Virus record (IMG/VR): IMGVR_UViG_2671180556_000021
Origin: a virus
Lineage: Duplodnaviria; Heunggongvirae; Uroviricota; Caudoviricetes
Length of the DNA stretch: 13,510 nt
Reading direction: 5' to 3' (one strand)
Part shown: piece after piece, positions 8,255 through 13,510 of the stretch
How positions within the stretch are numbered: the first letter of the stretch is position 1
How the letters are laid out: every line of letters starts with the position of its first letter
Notes under the pieces: generated by a model
Told to the model about the DNA's origin: nothing
Database searches by the model: none
What the model saw: only the letters and a program-made list of their open reading frames with translations
Position numbers and translations under genes: made by a program

Positions 8255-8860
8255 TTACACTGGTGTGTTCAGCAAATCGTTAACGGCATCAGATGCCGGG
8301 TTACCTGCAGCCAGCGGTGCCGGTGCCCCCTGCATCAGACGATCCAGCGCAGTGTCACTGCGCGCCTGTGCACTCTGTGGTGCTGCAGCCAGAATGCGGC
8401 GGGCCGTTTCCACGGTCATTCCGGGGGTTTCTGCCAGAACGCGCGCCTGTTCTTCGCGTCCGTGAGCCTCCTCACAGTTGAGGATCCCCATAATGCGGCT
8501 GTTTTCTGCCGCAACCGCTGCGGTGATCTGCGCGTTCACGTCCGGCTGCGCCGCGCTGGCGTTTTCGCCCTCCGTCGCTGGCACCACGTCAGTAACGTCA
8601 GCCTGCGAAGCAGTGGCTGAAACAGTTGTTGATTGAGTCTCTTTGGTCATTCGCCCTCCTGAGAGACGGGATTTACGCGCATCCAGTGCATCACGCATGA
8701 CGGTGATCGCATCGGTGCTGTTAACAAGTTCATCAGCCAGTCCGGCATCAATGGCCTCCTGACCGCTGTACACTGCAGCCTCGGTATCCAGCACAGCCTG
8801 CACAGACAGGCCGGTATATGCCGACACCTTCTGCGCAAACATCTGGCGGGTTGCGTCCAT
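8255..8860 (-). CDS. nu3: Scaffolding protein gpNu3, an in-frame internal initiation product nested in the 3' third of C (201 aa)
   Basis: In-frame ATG at 8860..8858 (MDATRQMFAQKVSAYTGLSVQ...) sharing the C stop at 8257..8255. The 606-nt span matches the lambda C/nu3 nested arrangement. The call rests on homology with lambda, not on an independent sequence signal. Confidence 0.65.
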   Translation of the reverse strand: MDATRQMFAQKVSAYTGLSVQAVLDTEAAVYSGQEAIDAGLADELVNSTDAITVMRDALDARKSRLSGGRMTKETQSTTVSATASQADVTDVVPATEGENASAAQPDVNAQITAAVAAENSRIMGILNCEEAHGREEQARVLAETPGMTVETARRILAAAPQSAQARSDTALDRLMQGAPAPLAAGNPASDAVNDLLNTPV

Positions 8861-9554
8861 CCGGGACTGCAGTGTCTCCCGGACGTCATCCGGAAGATGG
8901 CTGTAGGGATTGCCATCCACCTTATGGCTGCCGCTGTAAATCAGCGTGATTTCCACACCCTGTTTCTCCAGGGCAGCACCGTAATTACTGTGAGCCATCA
9001 TGACGCCGATGGAGCCTGTCCGGGCGGTCTGCGTGACCAGACGCCGGGAGGCGGCACTGGCAAGCAGCTGACCTGCACTGCAGTTCATGTCGTTGGCCAG
9101 CGCCCATACCGGTTTTATGTCACGCACACGGGCGATGATGTCAGCGCAGTCAAATGCCCCCGCCACCATTCCGCCTGGCGTGTCCATATCCAGCAGAATG
9201 CCGTCCACCATCGGGTCACTGGCAGCCTGTTGCAGACGGGCGATAATGCCGTTGTAACCGGTCATCCCCGAATACGGCTGCAGCGCCCGCGTCCGGCTGA
9301 CCAGCGTGCCGGAAACCGGCAGCACGGCGATGCCATTCATGACCTGATAACTGCGGGCCTGTCGTGGTCCGTCATCATTAACGGATAACGCCAGCGTCGC
9401 GGGTGCCTCTCCGGCAGTCAGGCTGTCACCGGACACCGCATCCGTCAGGCGGCTGATCCCAAGCTGGCCTGCAAGCGCACAAAAGAAAACCCGCGCATAG
9501 GCGGGTTCAAGCATCAGCGGCTCATTAAAGGCCATGCTGGCAATATGCGGGAGA

Positions 9555-9574
<20 letters not shown>
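8255..9574 (-). CDS. C: Prohead protease gpC (S49/ClpP-like serine peptidase family), 439 aa, GTG start
   Basis: GTG at 9574..9572 begins VTAELRNLPHIASMAFNEPLMLEPAYARVFF.... The B stop (TAA 9557..9555) lies 20 nt inside it. The ORF-track entry 8255..9706 over-extends upstream through the end of B in another frame. The central region (...DMDTPGGMVAGAFDCADII...) is protease-like. Confidence 0.88.
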
Positions 9575-13255
<3,681 letters not shown>

Positions 13256-13281
<26 letters not shown>

Positions 13282-13510
13282 TCAGCAACCCCGGTATCAG
13301 TTCATCCAGCGCGGCTGCTTTGTTCATGGCTTTGATGATATCCCGTTTCAGGAAATCAACATGTCGGTTTTCCAGTTCCGGAAAACGCCGCTGCACCGAC
13401 AGGGGGATCCCGTCGAGAATACTGGCAATTTCACCTGATGAGTGCCCCGAACCACTGAAATCTGTCGTCAAGTTTGCGCTGGCAACTGGTCTGAGAAAGT
13501 CGAACATCAT
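13256..13510 (-). CDS. nu1: Terminase small subunit gpNu1, C-terminal 84 codons only; the 5' end and cosB/cos lie beyond the window end
   Basis: Frame open from the window edge to TAA at 13258..13256, ending ...[26 protein letters not shown], the C-terminus I recall for lambda gpNu1. The apparent MM start at 13510 is a window-edge artefact. Confidence 0.85.

Overview
The whole window is the virion-morphogenesis (late) operon of a lambda-type siphovirus, nearly identical in gene order, gene lengths and protein sequence to phage lambda, and encoded entirely on the minus strand. Read on the minus strand from coordinate 13510 down to 1, the order is nu1 (3' part) - A - W - B - C/nu3 - D - E - FI - FII - Z - U - V - G/G-T - H - M - L (5' part). 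cos and cosB lie beyond the high-coordinate end and the rest of L and the tail-tip genes beyond the low-coordinate end. Most genes are joined by ATGA/TGATG stop-start overlaps or short gaps with Shine-Dalgarno motifs, and nothing is inserted between them (no moron, IS element, tRNA, CRISPR array, integrase or defence locus). The one real anomaly is the major capsid gene E, which is split into two reading frames by a frameshift between 7297 and 7321, so as sequenced this phage or prophage cannot make a full-length capsid protein. Secondary observations are the conserved G-T -1 frameshift heptamer and two stable hairpins that bracket E in the mRNA. I see no evidence for a novel biological system here. 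All identifications rest on reading the supplied translations and my recollection of lambda proteins, since no database search was possible.
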